A DNA stretch of 34,516 nt. Source: Aulosira sp. ZfuVER01. GTDB lineage: Bacteria; Cyanobacteriota; Cyanobacteriia; Cyanobacteriales; Nostocaceae. The notes below the pieces were generated by a model that did no database searches, was not told where the DNA came from, and saw only the letters and a program-made list of their open reading frames with translations. Shown here in pieces: positions 18,937 through 28,410 of this stretch (positions are counted from its first letter, which is position 1; every line of letters begins with the position of its first letter). The DNA is taken from positions 1-34,516 of the forward strand of contig JAVRCV020000035.1 in NCBI GenBank assembly GCA_034530615.2, given 5' to 3'. A program made the translations under genes and the position numbers.

Positions 18937-20424
18937 ATGACAATTGCAATTGAACGTCCTACGAAAAAGTCTCGTTCTGCACAGATTCGGGAGCAACTAG
19001 GTTATCCCATCATTGATACCGATGTGCATACCCAGGAATTTGAACCAGCTTTTCTGGACTATTTAGCTGAAGTAGGCGGCGCTAAACTTGCAGATAGTTT
19101 CCGAGATCATTTGCCTGGTGCTGGGCGATATCGTTGGTTCCAGCAAACACCGGAAGAACGTCATACTTACCGCACAGCTCGTCCTCCCTTTTGGGGTCGT
19201 CCCACAAAAGATACTCTAAACCTTGCTACTGTTAGCTTACCGAAGCTACTGCATGAACGTTTGCAAGAAGCTGGGACAGATTTTGCTGTACTGTATCCCA
19301 ACTTAGCAACCCTAGCACCGCAAATTAAAAACGAAGAAATGCGTCGGGCGGTTTGTCGTGCAGCCAACCTCTACCATGCAGATATATTCAGGCCATACTC
19401 AGATCGGCTAACTCCCATAGCTACTATTCCTCTGCACACACCAGAAGAAGGAATAGAAGAATTGGAATATGCAGTCAAAGAATTAGGATTGAAAGCAATT
19501 CAAATTCCTGGTTATGTGACTCGTGTGATTCCTGGCTTCGAGAAATATCCCGAAGAAGTGCAACGAGAAGCTACTTGGATTGATAACTTTGCTTTAGATA
19601 GTGCCTACGATTACGATCCTTTCTGGGCGAAGTGCGTAGAACTCAAAGTTGTCCCCACCACCCACGCTTCTGGTATGGGTTGGACATCGCGTCGTTCGAT
19701 TTCCAACTACCAATATAATCACATTGGACACTTTGCCTCGGCTGCGGAAGCTTTCTGTAAAGCACTATTCTTTGGTGGTGTTACTTATCGTTTCCCGACT
19801 CTAAGATTTGCTTTTCTAGAGGGTGGTTCGGCTTGGGGTGCTAGCCTCTATACAGATCTGATTTGGCATTGGGAAACTCGTAACCCAGAGATTTTACAGA
19901 ACAATCATCCTGGTAATGTGAATCGGGAAGAATTGCGGGAATTATTTGTGCGTTATGGTGGTAAAGAATTCCGCGATCGCTTTGATGAAATTGGTAGTGG
20001 CTTAGGTTTCCACGGCAAATACTTTGCACCTGAAGATCCTGGTGAATTGAACGAATTTGCGGCGGCGGGAATTACTAAAGCAGAAGATGTGCGCGATCGC
20101 TTCCTCAATCATTTCTACTTTGGTACAGAATCAGACGATCTCCGTGTGGCTTATGCCTTCCATCAAAAAGCCAATCCTTATGGAGACAGAGTAAAAGCCT
20201 TCTTGGGTTCTGATTCTGGTCACTGGGATGTACCTGACATTACAGCTGTTACCTCCAACGCTTACAGCATGGTAGAACGCGGTATTCTCAGCGAAGAAGA
20301 CTTGCGATATTTCCTCTCAATTCATCCTTTGGAATTGTATACAAGCCTGAATCGGGACTTCTTTAAAGGTACAGCAATTGAAAAAGAAGCAGAAGAGTAT
20401 TTAGCAAGCAATACTCGCGCTTAA
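18937..20424 (+). CDS. Amidohydrolase family protein, paralog B
   Basis: GYPIIDTDVHT, YDYDPFWAK, LEGG, GSDSGHWDVPD; collinear with 6283-7821; GGAGA RBS. Confidence 0.88.
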   Translation: MTIAIERPTKKSRSAQIREQLGYPIIDTDVHTQEFEPAFLDYLAEVGGAKLADSFRDHLPGAGRYRWFQQTPEERHTYRTARPPFWGRPTKDTLNLATVSLPKLLHERLQEAGTDFAVLYPNLATLAPQIKNEEMRRAVCRAANLYHADIFRPYSDRLTPIATIPLHTPEEGIEELEYAVKELGLKAIQIPGYVTRVIPGFEKYPEEVQREATWIDNFALDSAYDYDPFWAKCVELKVVPTTHASGMGWTSRRSISNYQYNHIGHFASAAEAFCKALFFGGVTYRFPTLRFAFLEGGSAWGASLYTDLIWHWETRNPEILQNNHPGNVNREELRELFVRYGGKEFRDRFDEIGSGLGFHGKYFAPEDPGELNEFAAAGITKAEDVRDRFLNHFYFGTESDDLRVAYAFHQKANPYGDRVKAFLGSDSGHWDVPDITAVTSNAYSMVERGILSEEDLRYFLSIHPLELYTSLNRDFFKGTAIEKEAEEYLASNTRA

Positions 20425-20554
20425 TTCAGTAGCTCGGCGTAATTGAGGATAACTAGTGGGGTTGTTATTTGTCCTTTGTCATTTGAATTTTTTTTCGCCT
20501 ATTTACTGAGAATAAGTTTGTGTACCTGATGTAATTAACCCGCTAATCTACTCC

Positions 20555-20582
20555 GAAGGTGGGCAATGTCCACCTTCTTTTC
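20555..20582 (+). terminator. Stem-loop + U tract (possible intrinsic terminator or REP-like hairpin)
   Basis: GAAGGTGGGCA-A-TGTCCACCTTC followed by TTTTT. Confidence 0.5.
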
Positions 20583-20672
20583 TAGAGCAAGAAATTCAGT
20601 AGTTTTTTGTGCTTCTTTACTTTGCACTTTGCACCTTTGTAGTTCACTTAACTGAGAGCAAATATAACTTTC

Positions 20673-21722
20673 ATGAACATTGGATTTAAACAAACAAAAA
20701 TTAATATATTCCAGAAATTTTCATTCTTGCTTTTACCTGGATTATTAGCTATTTCGACAACGTTAATTAGCTGCTCAGTTGACACACCAACTACAGAAAA
20801 TAAATCAAAAAGCTTTACAGCAAAAACTATCCGTTTGGGATATCAAAGTGCTGGAGACCTAGTTAAACTAAGAGGAGGCATAGAAAAGCGTCTGCAACCC
20901 TTAGGTGTTTCCGTTGAATGGGCACAATTTGCAGCAGGCCCACAATTAATGGAAGCGATGAATGTAGGTAGAGTTGATATTGGCTCTGTTGGCGAAACTC
21001 CTCCTATATTTGCTCAAGCCGCTGGGACATCTTTAGTTTATATTGCTAGTAGACAACCGGGGACAGGCGAAAGTAGCGGTATTGTAGTTCAACAAAATTC
21101 ACCAATTAAAACTTTGGCTGACCTTAAGGGTAAAAAGATAGTTTTTCAAAAAGGTTCAGCTTCCCATTACTTATTAGTTAAAGCTTTAGAAGAAGCAGGT
21201 TTGAAATATAATGATATTCAAGCTCTAAGTATGCCCCCATCCGAAGCGCGTGGTGCTTTTATTCAAGGGCGAATTGATGCTTGGGTAACGTGGGACCCTC
21301 ATTTAGCTTTAGCACAGAAAGCAGCCAATGCTAGAGTCTTGAGAAATGCTAGTGGTATCGCTACGCAAGGTGGATATTACATGGCTTCACGTCAGTTTGC
21401 TATAGAAAATCCAGAATTGGTGCGATTAGTGCTGGAAGAGGTAGATAAGGTAGAGAAATGGGCTGAACAAAACCAATCTGAAGTTGTCAAAATAACCACT
21501 CCTCAACTCAAAATTGATGAAGATATCGTCAAAGAAATGATTAAAAGACGAAGCTACGGCTTAAGAGCAATTACTCCAGAAATTATGGCAGGACAACAAC
21601 AAATAGCAGATTTATTCGCCCAGGAAAAAGTAATTCCTAAACCAATTGATGTAAAAGAAGCAATGCTGACTACTGAGCAATATGCAGCTATTACACCTAA
21701 AACCATAATTAGCCAGAAATAA
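20673..21722 (+). CDS. ssuA: Aliphatic sulfonate ABC transporter substrate-binding lipoprotein (SsuA family), second copy
   Basis: Lipobox LISC; FAAGPQLMEAMNVG, GETPPIFAQAAG, QKGSASHYLL, DAWVTWDP. Confidence 0.87.
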   Translation: MNIGFKQTKINIFQKFSFLLLPGLLAISTTLISCSVDTPTTENKSKSFTAKTIRLGYQSAGDLVKLRGGIEKRLQPLGVSVEWAQFAAGPQLMEAMNVGRVDIGSVGETPPIFAQAAGTSLVYIASRQPGTGESSGIVVQQNSPIKTLADLKGKKIVFQKGSASHYLLVKALEEAGLKYNDIQALSMPPSEARGAFIQGRIDAWVTWDPHLALAQKAANARVLRNASGIATQGGYYMASRQFAIENPELVRLVLEEVDKVEKWAEQNQSEVVKITTPQLKIDEDIVKEMIKRRSYGLRAITPEIMAGQQQIADLFAQEKVIPKPIDVKEAMLTTEQYAAITPKTIISQK

Positions 21723-21828
21723 TAAATTTCTGTTAATAGCCAACGCTCAATAGTTTTGGTACTTCAGACTATGGACTTTGCATTATTGACTTTGTAACCT
21801 TTTTTGAACAATTCAAGGATTTTTATTT

Positions 21829-22437
21829 ATGGTCAAAACTTATTCAACAATGCTGCCTCTTGGTACTTTAGCACCTGATTTTCAGTTACCAGATGTAGTT
21901 TCAGGTAAAAGTGTTTCACTCTCAGATTTTGCTAACAAAAAAGCTTTGTTAGTTATATTTCTGAGTCGTCATTGTCCCTTTGTACAACACATCAAATTTG
22001 AGTTAGCAAAACTGGGTCAGGACTATACACAAAGTACAAATGGTAGTCTGGGGATTGTGGCAATTAGTGCTAATGATGTCACTACCCATGCTGACGATTC
22101 ACCGGAATCTTTAAAAGCTTTTGCACAAGAGTTAGATTTAGCTTATCCTTTGCTTTTTGACGAAACTCAGAAAACAGCGGAGAACTTTTTTGCTGCTTGT
22201 ACTCCTGACTTTTTTCTATTTGATGCTAGCAGAAGACTTGTTTATCGGGGACAACTAGACGATAGCCGTCCGCAAAGCGGAATACCTGTAACTGGAAAAG
22301 ACTTGCGGGCTGCAATTAATACTGTATTGATAGGTCAGGCTGTGACTTGGCAACAAAAACCTAGTATTGGTTGTAATATCAAGTGGAAGCCAGGTAATGA
22401 ACCTGTTTATTTCAAAAATCCAGCGATCGCAGTTTGA
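21829..22437 (+). CDS. Thioredoxin-fold AhpC/TSA (PRX-like) protein
   Basis: APDFQLPD, HCPFV, AISAND, ACTPDFF, YRGQLDDSRP, SIGCNIKW. Confidence 0.88.
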   Translation: MVKTYSTMLPLGTLAPDFQLPDVVSGKSVSLSDFANKKALLVIFLSRHCPFVQHIKFELAKLGQDYTQSTNGSLGIVAISANDVTTHADDSPESLKAFAQELDLAYPLLFDETQKTAENFFAACTPDFFLFDASRRLVYRGQLDDSRPQSGIPVTGKDLRAAINTVLIGQAVTWQQKPSIGCNIKWKPGNEPVYFKNPAIAV

Positions 22438-22598
22438 TTAGTATAGTTTCTTAATCAAAAGACTGCTGTAATTTAAGCCATTTTCAATTACTATGAAGAG
22501 TGCTGAGATAAAAGCTCATCTACAAAAGGTAAGTAGCTCTGACTTCACTCAGCACAGGCTAAAGCAAGAAAATTCAGCAATCATTTGAGGGAATTACT

Positions 22599-23402
22599 AT
22601 GCCCGTTCCCGAACCACAAAGAGGCTTTTTAGAGCAGATTATTTCTCAGTTAAAAAGAGATGATCGCTTGCTTGGTGTAGCCATTGGTGGTTCATATTTG
22701 AGTGGGCAAATGGATGAGTATTCCGACCTCGATTTAATTATTGTTGTAGCTGATGCTCATTATCAACAGGTATTGCATGAGCGAAAGCTGTTTGCTAATC
22801 AATTGGGTTCATTGCTAGCGGCTTTTACAGGCGAACACGTTGGTGAACCCCGATTATTAATTTGTTTATATGAAAATCCACTTTTACACGTTGATTTTAA
22901 ATTTTTGGTTTTAGAAGATTTTAAAATAGACCGGATAGAAAATCCTATTGTTCTATGGGAGCAAAATAATTTATTAACCTTAGCTATAAAAGAAAACCCA
23001 CGAACTTATCCACCTTTAGATTTACAGTGGATTGAAGACCGCTTTTGGGTTTGGGTACACTACGGCGCAACCAAATTAGGCAGAGGCGAACTCTTTGAAG
23101 CTATTGATTTTCTATCTTTTATTCGTGGACAAGTTCTCGCCCCATTAGCCAAAATTCAAGCTGGACTACTCCCTCGCGGTGTGAGGAATTTGGAAACAGA
23201 ACTTCCTCATTTGTTAGCAGATTTTCGTCAGACTATTCCGATGAAACACGATCGCCTTGAGATTGCCAAAGCGTTGCAACACAGCATTTATTTATATCGT
23301 CAGTTTCGAGAAGCGTCAAATAAACCAGAGTTGGTTGTAGATTCTTCAGCAGAAATGGCTTCTATGCAATATCTGCAAACAGTTATAGATGGTTTGAAAT
23401 AG
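22599..23402 (+). CDS. Nucleotidyltransferase-domain protein (Pol-beta superfamily)
   Basis: GGSY...MDEYSDLD catalytic motif and LHVD third carboxylate. Confidence 0.7.
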   Translation: MPVPEPQRGFLEQIISQLKRDDRLLGVAIGGSYLSGQMDEYSDLDLIIVVADAHYQQVLHERKLFANQLGSLLAAFTGEHVGEPRLLICLYENPLLHVDFKFLVLEDFKIDRIENPIVLWEQNNLLTLAIKENPRTYPPLDLQWIEDRFWVWVHYGATKLGRGELFEAIDFLSFIRGQVLAPLAKIQAGLLPRGVRNLETELPHLLADFRQTIPMKHDRLEIAKALQHSIYLYRQFREASNKPELVVDSSAEMASMQYLQTVIDGLK

Positions 23403-23432
23403 TCATGAGACTAGTAGAAAAAGGATAAATTT

Positions 23433-24182
23433 ATGCCAGGGAAATTAGAAGAAAAAGTAGCGATTATTACGGGAGCATCTTCGGGAATTGGTGAAGCTAC
23501 GGCTATAGCACTAGCCGCAGAAGGGGCAAAAGTAGTAATTGCAGCCAGAAGAGGCGATCGCCTGGAAGCATTAGCAAAACGTATCGAATCCAGTGGTGGT
23601 AAGGCATTACCCATTGTTACTGATATCACCGACGAAACCCAAGCCAACAATTTGATCCACAAAGCCAACGCAGAGTTAGGGCGAGTGGATATTTTAGTTA
23701 ATAACGCAGGTGTAGCGCTGACAGGTAATATTGATGGCGGCAACACTTCAGACTGGCGGCGAATGTTTGATGTCAATGTCTTTGGATTGCTTTATACTAC
23801 TCATGCCGTCCTACCAATTTTCAAAGCCCAAGGTGTCGGACATATAGTTAATATCTCATCAGTAGCAGGTCGCATAGCGCGTGCAGGTATTGGTATATAC
23901 AACGCAACTAAATGGGGTGTAAACGCTATTTCCGAATCTTTACGGCAAGAAGTTTTAAAAGATAACATCCGCGTCACCATCATCGAACCTGGTTTGGTAG
24001 AGACAGAAATTAATAATCATACTACCGACCCTGTAGCAAAAAAAATTAGTGAAGAACGAATAAGAGCGATCGCACCACTGCAAAGTGAGGATATTGCCAG
24101 GGCGATCGCTTATGCTGTAACTCAGCCACCCCATGTTAATGTGAATGAAATTCTGATTCGACCAACCCAGCAAGAACGGTAA
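23433..24182 (+). CDS. SDR family oxidoreductase
   Basis: TGASSGIG, ARRGDRL, LVNNAG, NISS, YNATK. Confidence 0.93.
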   Translation: MPGKLEEKVAIITGASSGIGEATAIALAAEGAKVVIAARRGDRLEALAKRIESSGGKALPIVTDITDETQANNLIHKANAELGRVDILVNNAGVALTGNIDGGNTSDWRRMFDVNVFGLLYTTHAVLPIFKAQGVGHIVNISSVAGRIARAGIGIYNATKWGVNAISESLRQEVLKDNIRVTIIEPGLVETEINNHTTDPVAKKISEERIRAIAPLQSEDIARAIAYAVTQPPHVNVNEILIRPTQQER

Positions 24183-24541
24183 TGAAAGAAAATAGCATCA
24201 TCACTGGTTTTCATGCTCATATCTACTACGATACCGAAACTCGTGACATTGCTGGCCGTATCCGCGAAGGATTAGAAGCTAGATTTGAAGTACGGCTGGG
24301 ACGCTGGCACGATCAGTCCATTGGCCCCCATCCAAAATCTATGTATCAAGTTGCCTTTGCGCCAAACCAATTTACGCAAGTCGTCCCTTGGTTAATGCTC
24401 AACCGTGAGGGATTAGATATTCTCGTCCATCCAGAAACAGGCGATGATGTCACAGACCATACAGCATACGCTCTGTGGCTAGGAAATAAGCTAGATTTAA
24501 ACATCGGTTTCCTACAACGAATCAGACCTAACGCTTCCTAA
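24182..24541 (+). CDS. DOPA 4,5-dioxygenase family protein
   Basis: FHAHIYY, IGPHP, LVHPETG...DHT..ALWLG; start overlaps the SDR stop (TAATG). Confidence 0.88.
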   Translation: MKENSIITGFHAHIYYDTETRDIAGRIREGLEARFEVRLGRWHDQSIGPHPKSMYQVAFAPNQFTQVVPWLMLNREGLDILVHPETGDDVTDHTAYALWLGNKLDLNIGFLQRIRPNAS

Positions 24542-25206
24542 TTACGCTTGCGTGCTAAAGTCAGTCCATCTGCGATCGCAATCAAACTCAAGTCTATGCG
24601 ATCGTCTTGAGATAGCTTACTGTTGAACTCACGAATAGCTAAAGTAGAGGAGTCTTCTATTTCCGGCTGAATCACTCTTCCAGACCACAGCACATTATCA
24701 ATAGCAATCAAACCACCAGGTCGCACCAACTTTAATGCCAGTTCGTAATAACGATAATAGTTTTCCTTATCAGCATCAATAAAAGCAAAGTCAAAAGTTT
24801 CTGCATGACCTTGTGTTAAAAGATACTCTAAAGTCTCTGTTCCTGGAGCCAGCCGCAAGTCAATTTTATCAGCCACACCTGCTTTCTCCCAGTAGCGACG
24901 AGCAACAGATGTAAACTCTTCACTCACATCACAGGCAATAATCTGACCATCAGGCGGTAATGCTAAAGCAACACTCAAAGAACTATAACCAGTGAAAACG
25001 CCTACTTCCAAAGTTTTCTTTGCACCAATTAGCTTGATCAAGAGTGCCAAAAACTGTCCTTGTTCCGGCGCAATTTGCATATTTGCGCGAGGATGGTGAG
25101 CAGTTTCTTGTCGTAACTGCAAAAGTACTTCTGGCTCGCGTAGTGATACAGACAAAAGATACTCGTACAAATTAGTTGTCAGATTTAGTGTTTTCCCAGT
25201 AGACAT
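24538..25206 (-). CDS. O-methyltransferase (caffeoyl-CoA OMT-like)
   Basis: LEVGVFTGYS, FDFAFIDADKENY, IDNVLWSG, DGLTLA. Confidence 0.93.
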   Translation of the reverse strand: MSTGKTLNLTTNLYEYLLSVSLREPEVLLQLRQETAHHPRANMQIAPEQGQFLALLIKLIGAKKTLEVGVFTGYSSLSVALALPPDGQIIACDVSEEFTSVARRYWEKAGVADKIDLRLAPGTETLEYLLTQGHAETFDFAFIDADKENYYRYYELALKLVRPGGLIAIDNVLWSGRVIQPEIEDSSTLAIREFNSKLSQDDRIDLSLIAIADGLTLARKRN

Positions 25207-25234
25207 ACTTTTTCAGCTCTTGTATTTGCGGCTT

Positions 25235-25315
25235 ATACCATTTTGGATTGTGAAAGATCTATTTAGATAAGCGTTTCAGATTTCCATCTGTCGCAATCAT
25301 TTTTCAAATTGGTAT
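25235..25315. repeat. Degenerate small inverted-repeat element
   Basis: ATACCATTTTG-GATTGTGAAAGAT ... ATCTGTCGCAATCATTTTTCAAATTGGTAT; left arm partly deleted. Confidence 0.45.
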
Positions 25316-25340
25316 TACCTATATGAATATTCTAACAAAA

Positions 25341-25366
25341 TACGGTAAATTGCCCGACTTTATGTA
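25341..25366. promoter_or_regulatory. Putative operator copy 5
   Basis: TACGGTAAATTGCCCGACTTTATGTA in the divergent OMT/GST region. Confidence 0.7.
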
Positions 25367-25607
25367 GTATTGCTTTTACTTATAGCTTGAATCTCAGTAT
25401 GTTAACCAAGTATTACCTATCCGATTTATATAGATTGTGTTGTTCATCTTGAGATTTGTTAAGGTTTCTGGCATCTTCATCTAGAATCAGGCTTTGAGTA
25501 CATTATGGGATCTCTTTGTTGACAAGCCTAATTCTGTCTAGATATTTATTTAGTTATGCTAATAGTTAGGTATACATATTTTCAGAAAGACTGTATGATA
25601 TCTAAAC

Positions 25608-25633
25608 TACGTTAAATCGACCGATAAAGCGTA
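25608..25633 (+). promoter_or_regulatory. Putative operator copy 6
   Basis: TACGTTAAATCGACCGATAAAGCGTA, 8 nt after -10-like TATGAT (25594-25599), upstream of the GST operon. Confidence 0.72.
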
Positions 25634-25779
25634 ATATATCATCTAACAGACGTAGATACTTACTAGTCAAATTATTTAACTGCACTAATCAACACATCTT
25701 GCCTCTGCCTTATTTCTCTGGTTTGAGTTGTGCAATCTCAAATAGTCTGCATTCACGATAATTCCAAGGAAAGGATTTT

Positions 25780-26451
25780 ATGAGCAACATACAACTGTAC
25801 TTTGCCAAAGCTTCTACCTTCTCTCAACGTACTCGTGTAGTTTTGCTAGAAAAAGGTATTGACTTTACCCCAATAGAAATTGATTTACAGAACAAACCAG
25901 ATGGGTACACACAGATTTCCCACTATGGCAAAGTTCCGGCTATTCAACATGGGGATGCGATCGTCTATGAATCTGCCATTATTAATGAATATCTAGAAGA
26001 AGTGTTCCCCGAACCGGCGTTATTACCCCGCGATCCGGCAAAAAAAGCGATCGCTCGCATTTGGATAGACTACGCCAATACTCGCTTTGTCCCAGCTTTT
26101 AACAAATTTCTCCGTGGTAAAGATAGCGAAGAACAAGAACAGGGAAGAAAAGAGTTCACAGAAGCACTTCTATATATTGAACAAGAAGGATTAGGCAAAG
26201 GTGATTACTTGTTAGGAGATCGGTTTAGCCTAGTTGATATCAGCTTCTATCCCTGGTTTGAACGTTTACCACTATTAGAACACTTCCGTAAATTCGCACT
26301 ACCAACAGAAACACCTCGTTTGCAGACATGGTGGAATTTGGTAAGCGATCGCTCCTCAATTCAGACAGTAGCAAATCCTGTGGACTTCTATTTACAAAGA
26401 TTCGCCAAAATTCTTGGTGAACCGATTCCCGTTGGTGCAGCGCAAAAATAA
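25780..26451 (+). CDS. Glutathione S-transferase family protein
   Basis: [28 protein letters not shown]-capping box. Confidence 0.92.
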   Translation: MSNIQLYFAKASTFSQRTRVVLLEKGIDFTPIEIDLQNKPDGYTQISHYGKVPAIQHGDAIVYESAIINEYLEEVFPEPALLPRDPAKKAIARIWIDYANTRFVPAFNKFLRGKDSEEQEQGRKEFTEALLYIEQEGLGKGDYLLGDRFSLVDISFYPWFERLPLLEHFRKFALPTETPRLQTWWNLVSDRSSIQTVANPVDFYLQRFAKILGEPIPVGAAQK

Positions 26452-26536
26452 GACACAAGGGTGTGGTGATGGGAGTGAATCATTAACTGTTGAGTATTGA
26501 CCAACAATTAACCAAAATCCAAAATGGGATGTTTTT

Positions 26537-27409
26537 ATGAGCTTAAATAACCAAGTTCTAGACAGACCGATTTCGCAAGAACTGCCATACGTAAAGGCTA
26601 ACCTCAGTTACCTAATTCCAATGGCAGAAAAACCAGTTAACTATACCTACGAACCACCCACCGGGATTCCTTGCACAAATGGAACTTATCAGACGCATAA
26701 ACTCCCCATCTACAACGCTCGTTCTATCTCAGAGAACATCTCGTTGGATAAAGAAGGTTTTGCGTTTACTGAACATCGCACCAGCGTCCGCAACTTTTAT
26801 GACGAAGACGAAGTACGCCGTGTTTATTACCCAGAAGCCGAGCAATTATTAAAAGAGGTGACAGGCGGAACTAAGGTAGTAATCTTCGACCATACCCTAC
26901 GTAACGCTGCTCAATCAAAGCCGGGTGAGAATAACATTAAAGAACCTGCCAAGCGCGTACACAACGACTTTACTGCCAAATCTGGCTATACTCGCGCCCG
27001 TTTGGAACTAACAGCACGAGGGATAGATGATAACGAAATTGAGTCACTATTACAACAACGGTTTGCCATAGTTAATGTTTGGCGCGCGATCGCTCAACCA
27101 ATCCAAGAGTCACCATTAGCATTGTGTGACGCGCAAAGTATTGCATCAACAGACCTTGTATCAGGCGATCTTGTGTACCGCGATCGCGTCGGTGAGACAT
27201 ACGCAGTCACGTATAACCCCGAACATAAATGGTTCTACTTCCCACAAATGCACCCAGACGAGGCACTATTTATCAAATGCTTCGACTCCGCAGAAGATGG
27301 ACGCGCCCGTTTTGCAGCCCATACAGCCTTTGAAGACCCCACTAGCCCAGCCGATGCTCCCCCACGAGAAAGCATTGAACTCAGGACATTCGTCTTTTAC
27401 CCCGCATAG
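26537..27409 (+). CDS. CmcJ/NvfI/AsaB-family putative Fe(II)/2-oxoglutarate oxygenase
   Basis: FDHTLR, VHND (HxD), NVWR, PLALCD, HTAF, RESIELR. Confidence 0.8.
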   Translation: MSLNNQVLDRPISQELPYVKANLSYLIPMAEKPVNYTYEPPTGIPCTNGTYQTHKLPIYNARSISENISLDKEGFAFTEHRTSVRNFYDEDEVRRVYYPEAEQLLKEVTGGTKVVIFDHTLRNAAQSKPGENNIKEPAKRVHNDFTAKSGYTRARLELTARGIDDNEIESLLQQRFAIVNVWRAIAQPIQESPLALCDAQSIASTDLVSGDLVYRDRVGETYAVTYNPEHKWFYFPQMHPDEALFIKCFDSAEDGRARFAAHTAFEDPTSPADAPPRESIELRTFVFYPA

Positions 27410-27477
27410 ATTTCTCCATCTCTCACTCTTTGCGCCTCTGCGTGAGAAAAATCCACATTTAACCTAGAGTAAACCCC

Positions 27478-28392
27478 ATGACTTCCCAACATTTTGATAT
27501 CAAACCAATAGCCGGACGTATCGGTGCAAAAATCATCGGTCTTAACCTAAACAGTAACCTCAGCGACGAAATCATCAGCGATATCCGTAAAGCTCTAGTT
27601 AAATACAAAGTCATCTTCTTCCGGGAGCAGAACCTTGATGCTCAAGGACAAGTAGCCTTCGCCCGTCGCTTCGGAGAAGTCACCACAGCTCATCCCACCG
27701 TCCCATCACTTCCAGACAACCCAGAAATTCTGGATCTAGATTACGGCAAGACTGTCAGCCGCGCTAACAACTGGCACACCGATGTCACATTTGTAGATCG
27801 TCCCCCGCTTGGTTCGATTTTGCGGGCACTTGTCATCCCACCATCAGGAGGTGACACTATTTGGGCAAACTCGGTGACTGCATACGAAGATTTACCAGAG
27901 CCTCTACGTAATCTCGCAGACCAACTTTGGGCAATACACAGCAACGCCTATGATTATGCAGCAGCGGCAATTGACTTACCACAAGAAGTTTTAGCACATC
28001 GGGCTGTTTTCACCTCGACTTTATACGAAACTCTGCATCCAGTTGTCCGCATCCATCCTGAATCTGGTGAACGAGGATTATTTATTGGTGGTTTTGTGCG
28101 GCGTCTGCGTGGATTATCACAAAATGAATCCGATGAAATCATCAAATTGTTGCAGGCTTACATAACTCGTCCCGAAAATACAGTCCGGTGGCGTTGGAAA
28201 GTTGGCGATGTAGCTTTCTGGGATAATCGCGCTACTCAACATTATGCGATCGCAGACTACGGAAACCAACCTCGTCATGTTCAGAGAGTGACTATTGTTG
28301 GCGATATTCCCGTTGGTATTGATGGTAAACAAAGTGAAGCCATCAAGGGAGATTCTTCTGCATATAACCGACGTGAACCTGCTTTAGTTTAG
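27478..28392 (+). CDS. tauD: TauD/TfdA family dioxygenase (taurine dioxygenase or alkylsulfatase AtsK-like)
   Basis: WHTDVTF, GGDTIWA, HPVVRIHPESGE, WDNRATQHYA. Confidence 0.88.
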   Translation: MTSQHFDIKPIAGRIGAKIIGLNLNSNLSDEIISDIRKALVKYKVIFFREQNLDAQGQVAFARRFGEVTTAHPTVPSLPDNPEILDLDYGKTVSRANNWHTDVTFVDRPPLGSILRALVIPPSGGDTIWANSVTAYEDLPEPLRNLADQLWAIHSNAYDYAAAAIDLPQEVLAHRAVFTSTLYETLHPVVRIHPESGERGLFIGGFVRRLRGLSQNESDEIIKLLQAYITRPENTVRWRWKVGDVAFWDNRATQHYAIADYGNQPRHVQRVTIVGDIPVGIDGKQSEAIKGDSSAYNRREPALV

Positions 28393-28410
28393 AAAAAGGT
28401 TTTTATCTTA

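Noticed and set aside
22599..23402. Antibiotic-resistance or toxin-antitoxin (MNT) call for the nucleotidyltransferase
   Set aside because: Only the generic Pol-beta motif is visible; no separate HEPN partner gene or mobile context
25414..25439. Possible ninth operator TACCTATCCGATTTATATAGATTGTG
   Set aside because: Lacks terminal GTA and matches the internal consensus poorly
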